From: Lama guanicoe
Taxonomy: Eukaryota
Length of the DNA stretch: 64,000 nt
Reading direction: 5' to 3'
Assembly (NCBI GenBank): GCA_013239625.1
Contig: MU054323.1
Location: forward strand, 2,778,161-2,842,160
Shown piece by piece: positions 10,815 through 24,479 of the stretch. The notes below the pieces were generated by a model. That model was not told the DNA's origin. It searched no databases and was given only the letters and a program-made list of their open reading frames with translations. The stretch's first letter is position 1. Every line of letters starts with the position of its first letter. The translations under genes were made by a program, and so were the position numbers.

Positions 10815-13760
10815 AAGGGGCTTGCACTTTAGGCTAGGGTACAGAAAGTAGTGACAGATAATCGCTCACCTCATAAAAACAAAGAAAACTGGTTAAGTTA
10901 TGAAAGCAATATTCTTAAAAGACATAAAAGATCTGTGAAAGCAAAGAGGTTTACAAAAATTAAATTCCAGTGAGAGCTTTCAACGTAAGCAGTGATTGGG
11001 GGATGTTTTCCACTCTGGGGGAAGTTATTAAGTTCGAGCACAGGATGAAGATCAGGTTTGACAGGCAGAAGAATTCTGGATAAAAAGAGACCAGCAGAGC
11101 TCCTCACGTCTGCATGGGCTGGAAGTGTGAACTGGAATCTAGATGAGTTTCAAACATAGAGACACTTACCTCCATGAAACTTTCACTAAGTGCCAGGCCA
11201 GTGAGGAAGGCTGAAAGACTGAACTGAAAAGGCAAAAGAAAAATTTTCTATAGTCTCTTGAAGCTTAGAAGCTCAAATCATGGAAGATGCCTGAAGTAAA
11301 ATCTGACATGTCTAACACTCACGAAACTTGAAATGAAAAAAGATGAATCAAATTCTAATTAAAACTCCAACTCAGCCTTGATTCAGCTTAATTATTTATT
11401 GAATTACCAGTCCCCCATACTCTATGTGCACAGCAGAGAGTGGGGAAGCCCTCTTGGAGATGAAAATAACATGAACTCAGTCTTCATGGTTCTTTCATAC
11501 ACCTGTCCAAAATATAACAAAATTGAGAAATATGAAGGATCAAAATGTGAGAAATAAAAATGTGACTGATAATCAAGGAAAAAAAGACAACAGAAGCAGA
11601 CCTGCAGATGATTCACTCGTTGGAATTAGCAGACACGGATTTGAAAATAACCGCTATACATAGGAATTTGATTACATCTACTTAGAGGGGAGAGAAAAAC
11701 AGTTTCTGAAATTCCTCCTACCCTCTCCCCATGAATGTATAGCCTTAGGGGAGCCCAAGACGGGAGCTGTAAATATGTTCTACTTTCACATGATGTCAAA
11801 GTTGCATGCCCCTCAAAATAGAAGTATCATGTTTAAAGGCTAACATACAAAGAACCAAAAAAATGGAATACATTCTCAGGAGAAAAGAAAATCAATTGAC
11901 CCCTACTCTGAGATAAACCAGATGTTGGAACTAACAAACAAGGATTTTAACGTCATTATTATAACTATGCTCAATGAAGTAAAAAAAGAAAAATGCTTTC
12001 CATGAATAAAACTCAGTAGAGAAGTAAGAAATCATAGGATATAAATAGGAACAAAAAAGAGGAAATTCTTAACTTGAAAAATACAATTTCAGAAATTTAA
12101 AAAAAAATCACTAGATGGATTTAACAGCTGAAAGGACTTGGCAGGGAAGTGTAAGTAAACTTGAAGACAGGGTAATACAAGTCATTGAAGGTGAAGAACA
12201 GAGAGGAAAAAAAATGAAAATAAAATTAAAAAAAGAACAAGGCCCTGAAGATCTCCAAGATAACATCAAACAGCGCAACACACAAACTTGATGAAAGACA
12301 GAAATTGGCAGAAACAAGATGCTAAATGAACATTAAGAATCATAAACCCAAAGAAGCCCATGTTAAGGCACATCAATGTCAAACCATCTAAACTGTTCAG
12401 AACGGCTGGTTTTAACATACCTCTTTCAGACCTGGACAAATCAACTGGATATAAAATTGGTGAGAACATAGGAAATGTGAGCAACAAGATTAAAAACTTC
12501 ACCTTATAGGTACATATAAAATCCTGCACACCAGCAAATAAAGAACAAGACATTCATTTTTATGCACATGCAAAGTATTTATAAAGATGGACCACATATT
12601 ACACAGAAAAACTTGAGATCATAAAGGATCACATTCTCTATTCACAATTCTGCTGAGTTAGAAACTGAACATTTTAAACACATGCATTAAAATTCAAAAC
12701 ACACTCCTAAATAATTCGTGGGTTTGAGGGGAAAATAGTGGCATAAATAATGAAACATTTAGAAGTAACAAAAAAGCACACCATATCAAAACTTGTGGGC
12801 TGCAGTAAGGTTATACTTAGAAGGAAATTTATACATTCAAATGATTTATTAAAAAACAAGAAAATAAAAACTATAGGGAGTCAAAACCAGAAGACATAAA
12901 AAGAACAGAAAATTCAGAGAAACTAGAAATAAAGAAATATTAAAATAAGAGAGAATTTAACAAATAAATAGAAAGCGAATTCAGTATAATCAAAATAATT
13001 TATAAGAGAAAATACTTTCCCCTTTAAAAGACAAAGAAGGGCATGTCTAACAAAATGGTGTATGGGAAAAAGAAAGGACAAATAACCAGCATTAAGAAAA
13101 AATAGAACATTTCCACAGAATCAGGGGAGATATAAGTAATCTTGGAAAACTTCTAGGAATAACTATAACATTAATCTGAAAATTTAGATGAAATTAACAA
13201 CTTTCTGGGAAAATATGAATGAAAATACTTCACTAAAGACACAGAAATTTCAATAGACCAATAATCACCAAGGAAATTGAAAAGAAAATGATTCAGTAGT
13301 CAGAAATCTCTTTTCCACAGAATCATCAAGCTGAGGCCATTTATAAGTGAGACCACTAACTGTTCAAGAAAAGGATAATTATTATATTATTCAAATTGTT
13401 TCAGAATATAGAAAATGAAAGATATTTCCCCAAGAACTGTTTTGAGGCTGGCATAAACATGATACAAAAATCTAGCAAGAACAGTACCAGAAAATTAAAT
13501 TATAGACCAGTCTAACTTATGAATATGAATGTACTGGCCCTGAATAAGACATTAACAAGTCAGAAGCAACAATGTGAAAAAAAATACATTGTAAATAGGT
13601 AGAGTTTCTCCCAGAAATATAGGATGCTTCAGCATTAGAAAATCCAGTGACATAAATGATCCCATTAAGGGATTAAAGAGAAAAATTACATGACTTTCTC
13701 AATGAATATAGACAAATCAGTTGATAATTTTTTAATTTAATAATCATTCATGTTAAACAG
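10815..13760 (+). mobile_element. Old degraded L1 (5' region, ORF1, ORF2 endonuclease and start of RT)
   Basis: A-rich with L1 motifs (ctagatggatttaacagc, tatcaaaacttgtgggctgcag, ttatagaccagtctaacttatgaatat); many stops. Confidence 0.8.
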
Positions 13761-15296
13761 AGAAAATGTTGGTCTAACAGAATGTGGAATCAGATCTTTC
13801 CTGTCATCTCTAGATTAGGGCTGAGGTTTCAAAAGTGTAGAACAAAAGTTATGTTTTAAGTATCTCCAAATCCTAAAGCACGCTGCCCAATTCACTACTC
13901 ACAAAGGGCTTGGAGAGAGGAAAGTCAAGTTCCTGTTCTGTCAGCATTAGCATCATCCATCCCATGGTAATACAGAAGAATATTACAATTCATTGGGAAG
14001 GCTGACAAGTTAGAGCTGTACTGGGCAACCTCACACGCATGCGCTGAGGAGAGGACGTAGGTGCTCACCTTCACCTCACACCAAACGTACAGGTTCAGGA
14101 ACAGGGGGAACAGCTGCCCGTAAGTCAATAGCACAGACCTTAGTCTTTGAGTTTGGGGATAGAGCAAGGTTATAATAGAAAATCTCTCTTTGACGTTCAC
14201 CAGAAAATTTTTCCATGAAGTGAATGGAGAGTGTCATACGCCAAAGTTGAAGCACATTTTCTCTGTTCAGCTGAGGAGGACACAGAGAAGCAGCAGCTCT
14301 AACCCAGGGCCCACCTTCTGGTTACATTTTTTTTTATATAATGAAGGACACAATGGACAAAAGCATCCAACATCTGAGTAGTAAGTAAGTTCCATGGTAC
14401 AGAGCGTGCCCCTGTGACGACAAAGTCATCATCATCTCTCTCTTCTAGAGCAGCATAGTAGCCACACCAGACCACCCAGTCCTCTGGCTAACTCTGGTAC
14501 TTTCAACTCTGTTTCAGGAAGCGTCAGTTAATTTCCATCTCTCTGCCCACTTGTCACCCCCCACACACACTATCTCCAACCTGCCATCGGCATCAGAAAT
14601 GTACGTGTTTCAAATTTCTAGGTATGGATTCCCAAAGAGAGGTCTGCTTCTGCTCATGAAGAATAGCACGGAAGCTGCTGCCAGGTGTACAGCATGGCGG
14701 GGCCTTGGGTTTGGGGGCAGACACTCTTGGGTCAACGTCACTATAGGACACTCAGCAGCCAAGAATTTGGGCTTCTTGGGAGGCTGGCATCCTGAGACCA
14801 AGATCTAAATGCAGTGCTTTTTTTTTTTTCTATCAACTTTGTTCCCTCTCTTTCCGTTTATTCTTTAAAGAATTTCGCATCCTTGAGCTCAGGTAATGCT
14901 AGAGAGAGAGAGAGAAAAGAGAAAGAGATGGTAGAGATAGAAATAGAAATGGTAGACATAACAGGAGAGGGGAGGAGAAATTTATGCATGAAAAAATGTT
15001 TTGCCTCTAAATGAAAAAAAATGTTTTGCAAATTTTTATAGCTTTTGAATTTAAAAGCAGAGTGGAGAAGGATGCTTCTGAAGCCCATGGGAAAAGTTCC
15101 AAAGCAGAACTGCTAGGAAACAGCAGTTGTGAGAGGAAAGTTCAAGGGCCATCTGTATGTCACCAGTGCCCTCGGAAGGCCCCAGGAGGGGCTGGAGGGA
15201 GGTGGCATCCTGGGGCAGTTTATTTTATGATGAGCCTAAAAATGTTACAGAGAGGACCCTGGGGACCACATTTCATCACACAGCCTTCAGCGGCCC

Positions 15297-15332
15297 TGCA
15301 GTCTGCTGGCCGATGGCCACCAGGAGGTGGAA
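15297..15332 (+). promoter_or_regulatory. Candidate CTCF site
   Basis: TGGCCACCAGGAGGTGGAA (15314-15332) resembles the CTCF core; TGCAG upstream at 15297. Confidence 0.35.
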
Positions 15333-16269
15333 GGCCAGTGAACAACTGTGGCTGCTCGGTCCCATGCCTGGTGTTTAGGGTATTACAGTGACTTTATTTT
15401 TGGAAACAGCCCCAGAAGTGGAAGAGGCTTTGCCTGTGGGACCCTCATTTCCTCCTTGAGTGCCAATAGAAGTCAGACAGGAAGTTGGTCACTGGCCATC
15501 TAGGTGGACACAGCCAAGATTGAATGGAGCCAAATATGAGTCCTGAGAGGTCAGTGTGTAGAGGTGGACGTGGCCAACACCCCTTCCCTGGGGGAGAAAC
15601 AGGTCCCAGCCCCTCCCTGTTGACAGAATAAAGAGAAAAGCAACTTTCTAAGTCAAGAAACTTGTTGACTGGCTTTAAAACATAGCCAACCAATTGTGCC
15701 TCTCCAACTGTCCACTAGAAGGAATGGAGACGGGAAGGCCAGGACGAGAAATGTCAGAGCCTCATGTGGGATTATAAGGCCTCACACACTTGCTTTCCTT
15801 GTTCTATGGAGATTTCAATGGAGAACCCACTATCACACTCCAGGACCTCACCTGAGAGGGCAGAGAAAGGAGAGCATACAGGTAAAGAGAATGTTGACCT
15901 GGCGGTAAAAGACGGATATGGGATTGGAAGAGTCGCTGGGATCTCATTTTGAGATCTATAATGCAGGACTAACATGGGAACAGAAAGGACTCTTAGAGAG
16001 CATCTGAGTTTAAAAAAAAAAAAAGTTTAAAGAGGTGAGGAGATTGCCTGAGCTCACATAGGAAGATAGTGGCACAGATGATGGTGAAGGCAGGTCATCT
16101 TATTCTTGTTTGAGTCCCTCCAGTCTCATCCTGCCATCTCTAAGTGGTCCACCGGTGCCCACACATTTACTGGGCATCCTCCTGTGCTTAGTGCCATCGC
16201 GAGTGTGGGAGAACACAGAGCGGTGAGGGGGAAATGCTGTTGGAGGATGCCGGAATATAGTAATATCTT

Positions 16270-16450
16270 TGACTTTCATAATCCTTTACGATTTTCAAAG
16301 TGCTGAATATACACTAGCTTAATTAAATTTTAGTCCTCAAATAAATCTGAGACATATGTGTCCTTAGTATATAAGTAAGAAAACCAAACATTGCTCAAGG
16401 GGACACAGGAAGTGATAAAGCCAGGATACAACCCAGATAGGTGATCTCAA
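16270..16450 (-). mobile_element. MIR SINE (degraded)
   Basis: ttttcaaagtgct...ttgctcaaggggacacagg...aagccaggatacaacccag. Confidence 0.55.
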
Positions 16451-18039
16451 GAACTTTTAGTGTAGCTAGAGAGATAAGACATAAACATGTGAAACAGTTT
16501 ATTGTGTATTATATATATTATTATATGTACCAGTAAATTATATATTACAGCAGTGTAGTTAATTTAATTCATTATTGCATGATTTAATGAGTTCAATTTA
16601 TTTGAGATGCTTCTCAGTGAAGATGTCCAATAGAGAGCTGAATCTGGGTGGGAGGAATACAAGCCTGGGGACCCATCACACGTCGATGGCAACAGAAATC
16701 AGAGGAGTGGACGTATCTGAAGGAGGTACTTTCACAAACTGTTGTCATTTTATTAACAGGACACAAGAACAAAGGAGAGGTAGTGGAACCCTTGCAATTA
16801 TGAGAGTTATAAGAGTAGGCTACTTGATTAAAAGTCCGTATTTATGAAACAAAAAGAGACTGAGGAATTGGATTATCAGCCTGGTCTCTCCTCTCTGGCT
16901 GGTTGAAACTGGAGACATTCTCCCAAACAAAGCCCCTGGGCGATTGGTGTCAAAGCTTACAGCCATTTTCACAACACCTTATGCACCAGCGAACCCTCTG
17001 TGTACACTGGATAGGAAAGGGTAGGATAGGTTTTAAAGGTCCTAGCTTGGGGGGGGCAGGAAAAGCTGGAGAGGGAATTTGAAAACTCAGTCCAACCTTG
17101 GTAAGGCCTAAACTCCTGTTCCTCTGTTACAAGAACTTCCCAATGTATCGCATTTTCTAGTTGGCATCAACTTCACTGTTTACTGTGTACAGGAATCTGA
17201 TTCGCCAGCACCCCGCTTCTCTCTACTCCTCCCCTCCCTTATGTTGCAATAGCATTTGGTTTGTCAGCTCTGCCTTTCCTGAATCCACAAAATCGTCTGT
17301 AGGTTCTTGATGGATGGGGTCATCTCTTGGGCATATTTTTTATTTTCTCAATCACAGCCTAACAGGACTTCCTGAGTACACAGCAGGCGATGAGTTCTGT
17401 GAGGGTGTTGAGAAAACACAGGGTTGATTAATTTTTGTCTTTGGACTTTTTCAGTACCCATTTAATATCCTAAAAAAGGAGTTATTACTTGATACAAACA
17501 GCAGATAAATATGTAAGCTTTAAATCAGAGAAACAACTCTTTTTTGGCACCCCTCTCTGTTTTCCCGTCTCACTGTCCTACACCTTTAGAGGCAGTTAAG
17601 AGCTTGCCCAGCTAGAGGTTCAGGCAAGGGCTGTGAGTTTTGTGTGTTTAGTAAGGGTCATGGTCAGCAAAGTTGGTTTTCTTATTAGAAAAGTCTGTTT
17701 TCTACTGTAATACACCTTCACACTTGTGAAAAGAACAATTCTGCGGTGGAGACATAACCTCCCTCTAAATTCTCATCTTACGGTTGTAACTGCATCCACA
17801 GACTCAGAACCCAGAGCAGCCTGTTAACTGAAAATCACGGACACACTTAGTCCTTATTTTTTGTTGCTAGAGGTTAGCCACAGAATAATACTTAAGACAT
17901 TCAGAATCATAGCCCTTCTCCTGTCTTCTCAGCCTTTATGAAAGCATTTATAACCTTAATCCATACCACTTTCAAAATCTAATCAGTTCTTTTTTTTCCT
18001 ACTCCCTGTATGCTTGCCTTTTTACTCACCTACCTAAAA

Positions 18040-18224
18040 CAGTGGTTCTCAAAGTGTGGTCCCCTGACCAGCGGCACTCATATCACCTGGGAATTTAGGA
18101 GTGCTAATTCTCCAGGTTTTATCCCAAACCTACTGAATCAGAAACTCTGGGGTGGGGGGCCCAGAAATATTTTTAATAAGCCCTCCAGGTGATTCTGGTA
18201 CGTGCTCCAGTTTGAGAACCACTG
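18040..18224 (+). mobile_element. MER5A hAT-Charlie MITE
   Basis: Perfect TIRs cagtggttctcaaa / tttgagaaccactg; partial 8-bp TSD acctaaaa / acctagtc. Confidence 0.92.
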
Positions 18225-18794
18225 ACCTAGTCCTGGTAGCCTCACTTTGTAGGAACTAAGTATCCTGACATCTGAGAGAAACAGCTCCCACCTTAGCCAT
18301 TACACTTTGTAAAGACAGGACCAGGAGCAACTCATGAGCACCTGGCGCGCAGCTCCAGATAGCATCACTGCATAAAAGGGGCAGCCTGGCCAATCCACAC
18401 CTTAGCGCCACAGACCTGACTGAGGGAAACACCTCCGGGAGACAACTGACTTAGAATCTGAGAGGAAATGATAGCACATCATAATCAGTAAGTTGCAAGG
18501 GATGAACAGAAGCATCTGCTACTAACATTTTCAAAGCTACATTTTTCACAGGTACATTCCAGAGTGTGACCAATCACTTCCACGTGTGGGGGCTGACCTC
18601 TCAGCTGTACATCTCACCTGCCTTTCGTGTCATCACAGATTTCTTTTAGAAGTTAAAGTTCACTTCAAAGTCATAGTGAGGCTCAAAACTTTTACAGGTG
18701 CAATGATGAGCCTTCAGAGATGTGGGTGATCAAGGCCCAGGCGAGACCGTGAATTAGGGAGGGCTGCCCGAGCTAACCTGCCTTCTGCAGGGCC

Positions 18795-18972
18795 CCTGCC
18801 CACTTCAGTCACATGGAAGCACGTGAGAATAACTGGAGGAGACTTATTAGTGTATCAGTGCTTGGACCCCACTCCTAGAACTTCTGCTTTCATAATTCTG
18901 GGTGGGGTCTATGCGTTGGTATTTATAAAAACACCCCATATTCTTCTGTGCATTCCAATTCTAGAAGCTCTG
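18795..18972. mobile_element. Degraded MER5-family MITE
   Basis: gagaataactggagg...ggaccccactcctaga...ctgggtggggtct. Confidence 0.5.
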
Positions 18973-19699
18973 AATTAAGTGAATGCTTCTCGAGTACTTA
19001 TACGTGTGAGTCTCTTGGTAAGGCAATGGAAGATTCAAAAGGATAAAAGTTAGGAGGATGTGTCTCCAAGAAGTGTGGAATGTGGAGCAAAATATACACA
19101 CCCACCTGGAGCCCACAGTGGACTAAAAGTGCTACGGTAGGTCTACACCCAACTTGCCTTTGCCAAAGACAGGGTAGAGCCAATTCTGGGTAGGAACAAA
19201 TGGATATAGCTCTGCAGTGGAAACTGGCTTTGAATTTGGTTTTGGAGGATTTTTAACAGACAAGGGAGAAGAATGTTTGGGGCAGAGGAAATAAACAAAA
19301 CAAATGTGTGGAGACAAGAAAGTTCAAGAATTTTGGAGTGATCAGTAAATACTGTATAGTCACTATATATAGGGCATGAGGTGCACAAGGTCATCAGAGC
19401 CAGATTTTAAAGGATTTCTGAACGCCCTGGTAACAATTTGGATCTATTTCTCAACGAAAAGTAACATTATGATATGTGTTTAGAAAGATGTATCATTGGG
19501 AAGATTAACTACTGTTTCTACTAATCAAAGTGTTGTTAACTATATGTAGCCAACTAAATATTTATCAATCTTTGAATTTACACTGTTGCAAGTTCCTGTG
19601 CTAAGATACTATGAGGAATTAAAACATATCCAAGGCAACAATTTATAATTATAATAAATAGATCGTTGAACCTTACACTCTTATAATTCTATTACACAA

Positions 19700-19935
19700 A
19701 ATAGAATTCTGTGGTAAGACCTGAGAGCATCATGCAGGTAAGCCTCAGCACCACTGATTGCTTGCAGAGTGACCCTGGATAGGTCATTTCCCTCTCCATG
19801 TCTAAATTTCTTCATCTGTAAAGTAGAAAAAGTAATAGTACATGAGATACAGGGATTCAGGGAGATTAAGTGAAAAGATGTGCTAACAATGTGAGCTATG
19901 CTTACTAAAATAGTATCAGGGCCTTGTGCTGGATG
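19700..19935 (+). mobile_element. MIR SINE
   Basis: gtgaccctggataggtcatttccctctc...tttcttcatctgtaaagt. Confidence 0.75.
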
Positions 19936-20169
19936 CTGGGATGGAGGGCCAAATGAGACAGGGCACTTGCTCTTTGGCAAACCGGTAGCATAAAGCATCA
20001 GTACTTGCCTTCCCCAAGCCTCTCCATGTAGGAGACCTCTGACCTGCAGGCTTGGATCTGCTGAATCCTGAGCCAAAGGAGATGAAGCCTGCTATGGAGT
20101 GAACGCCCCCTTCCCAGCAGCAAACTCTGTCTGGACTTGGTTTTGCCAGATACCCAGAGCATCTGTGCA

Positions 20170-20415
20170 GCCTCTGAGCTGAAGGAAGGGGCCACAAGTC
20201 AAGGAATACATGGGGATTCTAGAAGCTGGAAAAGACAAGGGAGCAGATTCTTCCCTAGAGCTTCTAGAAGAACCCAGCCATGCTGACACCTTGACTTTAG
20301 CCTAATGAAACTAATTTCAGACTTCTGACTTCCAGAACTGTAAAAGAGTAAATTTGTGTTGTTTTAAGCAACCAAGTTTGTGGTAATTTGTGATAGCCGT
20401 CATAGGGACCAATAA
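20170..20415 (+). mobile_element. MaLR LTR 3' half (MLT1C/D-like)
   Basis: tgctgacaccttgactttagcc, ttccagaactgtaaaagagtaaatttgtgttgttttaagc. Confidence 0.85.
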
Positions 20416-21598
20416 GGTTAGAAAAAGAAATTAGAACTAGGCCTTGAATGCCCAGTTGGGAAATATTGTCTGTATTCCCTGGACTATTGTCCTCTGACCT
20501 TTCTGAAAGGATGTAACAGAGATGGGTGGATTCCTGCTTCAACCTGGACAGTCGCCTCCAATCAAGCCAGTCATCATAAAGACTCCCTCTTTCGGAGACT
20601 CCTGCTGCCATTCCATTCCTACAAACCACCAGCTTCCTTCCCCAGAGGACACCCTTGCAATATGGATGGTAGACCAGTTGGGATCCACATTCATCACACC
20701 CATTCAGATCCTGTGATGGGCTGCCGGCCATCTCTGGGCAGCCCCACAGCCAGGAAAGCTGACTTATCCTCTTCCTCCTGTACCTCTGATACACCTGGTG
20801 GCCAAGACCAAGGCTGCTGTAACTGCAGGTTTACACAACCAGTTTCCTGAGCTTCACACATGTAACAATAAGGAGGTAACATGTCTCCGAAGATGACTGA
20901 ACCCATCTCAGCCTGCCCCAGCGACCCTTGCACAAAGTCATTACCAATTTGGAATAGCTCTGCGGAAGCCAAACAACGCTACCAAAAATTCCTGGTACTT
21001 GAGCTAATTTCTAAGATGGGAGTTAATCCAGTTCATTTTAAAGAAATAAAACTTTTTAGACTGAAACATCCTCACCTGAAAGACCCAAACCAAGTAGCAC
21101 ATTACCTATCTTGGATACTTCTAACACGGTCTGACTTTATGATGATGCCAGTCTAACTATGGAGAGAGAAGAACGTGTCTGCCGAAGAAGTGAATGAGGA
21201 TGCCGTGTTAGAGACTTCATGTGGAGAGCAGCAGTTACTTCTGCTTTACATCTCCACCATCGTTTTCTGCATCACGATTGGCTCTAAGAGCAAACGCAAG
21301 ATCTAAAGTAAGAATAATTCATTATAACTATGTTTTTCCCTCTTCTTCCCGTTTAATTTTAACTATACGTGTAATAAATGAATACATGTGTTTTATAAAT
21401 ATTTGCAAATGATATAACTACGGACAATAACAATGAAAGCCCTGTTAGTTAGTTGTTCCTCTCCAAAATCCTTTTTCCCTCCTCTAGAACTAACCAAGAC
21501 AATCATTTAACATTTTTTTTCAGATGTTTCTAGATGTCTATATTGATATCAACTTGTATTACATACAGTATGTGCACAGTTTGAAATTAGTTGGTTTC

Positions 21599-22015
21599 CT
21601 TCTACTAACTTCAGGTTTTGTTTGTTCTTCTTTCTCTAGTTGCTTTAAGTGTAAGGTTAAGTCATTTATTTGAGATTTTTCTTGTTTCTTGAGGTAAGCT
21701 TGTATTGCTATAAATTTCCCTCTGAGAACTGCTTTTGAGGTGTCTCATCAGTTTTGGATCATTGTGTTTTCACTTTAATTTGTCTCTAAGTATTTTTCAT
21801 TTTTCTCTTTGATTCCTTCAGTGACCCACTGGTTGTTTAGTAGCATATTGTTTAGCCTCCACGTGTTTGTAGTTTTTGCATTTTTTTTCTTGTAGTTGAT
21901 TTCTGAGCTCACAGCACTGTGGTCAGAAAGGATGCCTGATATGATTTCAGTTTTCTTAAATTTACCGAGGCTTGCTTTGTGGGTCAATATGTGATCTATT
22001 CTGGAGAATGTTCCA
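21599..22015 (-). mobile_element. Internal L1 ORF2 endonuclease-region fragment flanked by a 17-bp direct repeat, no poly(A)
   Basis: Peptide THKASLGKFKKTEIISGILSDHSAV...TWRLNNMLLNNQWV; repeats at 21582-21598 and 22016-22032 (15/17 identical). Confidence 0.88.
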
Positions 22016-22089
22016 TGAAATTAGCTTGTTTCTACATAAGTGTGTGAACAATAAATCTTTTTCTGTGACTTGCTTTTGTAAAAAAATAC

Positions 22090-22830
22090 ACACTTTTTAC
22101 TTTGAAACACTTTTAGATTTATAGGAAAATTGTAAAGATGGTTATAGAGGTCCCATACACCCCACACTCAGCTTCCCTATTAACATCTTACATTACTGTA
22201 GTACATTTTTATAATTAATGAACCAATACTGATAAATAATTATAAACTAAAGTCTATACTTAATTCAGATTTCCTTAGTTTTCACCCAATGCCCTTTTTC
22301 TGTTCCTGGACCCTATCCAGGACACCACATGTATTTAGTTGTCATAGGCTCCTCTTGATTCTGACAGCTCCTCAGACTTTCCTTATTTTGATGATCTTGA
22401 CAATTTGGGGATACTGGTTAGGTATTTTGTAAAAGGTCCCTCTGCGAGATTTGTCTTTTTTCAAGATTAAACAGGGTTTTGGATTATCAGGAGGAAGACC
22501 ACAGAAATAAAGTGCCAATTTCATCATGTCATGTCAAAAGTATGTACAATAACATGATTTATCACTCTCAATGTTGCCCTTGGTCACCTGGCTGAGGCAG
22601 TGTTTGTCAGGTTTCTCCACTGTATGGTTACTCCCCTACCCCCACTTTCTCTTCTCCCCACACACCTCTTTGAGGGCAGAGTATCAACATAAATCATTTG
22701 GAATTCTTCATGGGATATTGGTCTACTCTCTCCCATGTCTTTTTATTCAATCATTAATTTCTATCAGCACAAACTCATGGATATTTATTTTACACTTTGC
22801 ATTAGAATCTAATACTATATTGTTTATTGT
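22090..22830 (-). mobile_element. L1MC-type 3' UTR
   Basis: ttttagatttataggaaaattgtaaaga, ccaggacaccacatgtatttagttgtc, cacctggctgaggcagtgtttgtcaggtttctccactgt. Confidence 0.8.
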
Positions 22831-24479
22831 GAGTTGCTTTTTTTTTTACTTGTCTGGGCAGTTTTCCATTCTGTTAAACCATAATTCTGAAACCATGGTT
22901 GAATAATTATGTACTCAGATTGTGACCATTTTTTAACCAAGCTCATTCTGCATAAACTATGGTGCAGAGATATGTGTGACTGCCAAGAACACAGCTCACA
23001 TCATTTCCATACTTCAAAACTGTTTTGGGTGGGAGGGAGTGGCTAAATAGGGGCACTAATACCTGCCACTATGGGCGGTTATTTGGAAATCTAGGACAAT
23101 CTGGACACTGAGACATTGAGAAAATAATCCTCTTCACCAAGCCCATTTCAGCTCACCAATGTTCTTTGGTTGCCTTTAACAAGGAAAGAGCACCCATTTC
23201 TCTCTCCTTTTGCCATTAATATAACCATTAATTACACCCTCCTCCAAAGTATATGGAATATTTAAATTGTCAATAACTCTTACGATTACAAGGGGAATCC
23301 TGTCATTGATGTGATGAAATCTGAGATGCTGAGCAGGCTGAGTTCCAGGGCTTTAGACTGAGTTTCAGGAGGGAGAAGAGATAAATGCAGGTATCTGGTC
23401 TATCATGTGCAACCAGAAGTTTCCTCCTTGCTTTTAAGGAAATCTCTGTAAATAAAGCAACTTGCTCATAGTTGTAGTGTGAGAAGATAAAAAATATTAA
23501 AACTCTTAAGACATACTGCCAAACCATCATCATACCAACAAGTCAGGGAGGACACAGAAGAACATCTCATCTTCTCTGACCGACACTTGTACTGCCCATT
23601 AATCCTCCTCCAGTTCTACTAAGGTCCCTTCACTCAGCCTCTCCAGCGCCCACAAAGGGCCCCTCCACTCACTTTCAGTAGGAGTCCCCACAAGTCATGG
23701 GATTTTGCTGACAAGCGAACTTCCTCTCCTCGGATATCCCCACCACAATGAACCCATCTTGGTCCATCCACAAAGGCCAGCAGGCAGTTAGAGCAGCTGG
23801 GGCAACTGCTTCTACTTGACTCCAGCCTTTTGTCAGAACGACTGAAATTCCCCAACTTCTGGAGTCAAAGCCATGAGAAAATGTAAGTGGCTCCTTCGCC
23901 TCCTTACAAAACTGAAAAGACCACACCTCCAAACTTAAGTCTATACTTGTTCCTCTGGCAAGAAAGCTCTTTGCCATCTGTTTCTAATTGTTTTCTTTTT
24001 TTTTTTTCTTGTCTTATTTTCCCAAGCAGGCTCACAAGTGATCTCTGCTCTTGTCAGGTTGGCGTCCTCCCCACTTCCTCCCTATTGCCATGTGAATTCT
24101 TGCCCCAAGAATTTACTGAGCTCTTCTACCACTTACAATACTCTATTCACCTCTTAACCTACAAACCCTATCTCTAACTTGAGGCTGCAACTCAAACTTT
24201 ACCTATTTTGTGACTCCTCATTTCAGAAATTTCCCCTTCCCTGCCCACACAGTGCGTCTTCTTTCCTACAGGAGTGGTCCTGCAGGTCTGATATGCCTCT
24301 CCTGGGTCCCATACTTCCCTTACAACCCCCAGAACTCTGGACATCAGGGATCGTTTTCTAACGAACACATGCATGAGTCACGTTAGTGCGAAGTGATCCT
24401 GCAAGGGAAACGGAGCTGACATTTTCATTTATATTTGGGTGTAGAAAACCAGCCACAAGTAGATGAGGAGACTGGCTGA

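Noticed and set aside
20297..20794. 165-aa minus-strand ORF
   Set aside because: Runs into an MLT1 LTR and has no recognisable family signature
23630..24390. Scattered RUNX-, ETS- and AP-1-like motifs
   Set aside because: Short motifs at about chance density; not supportable without chromatin data
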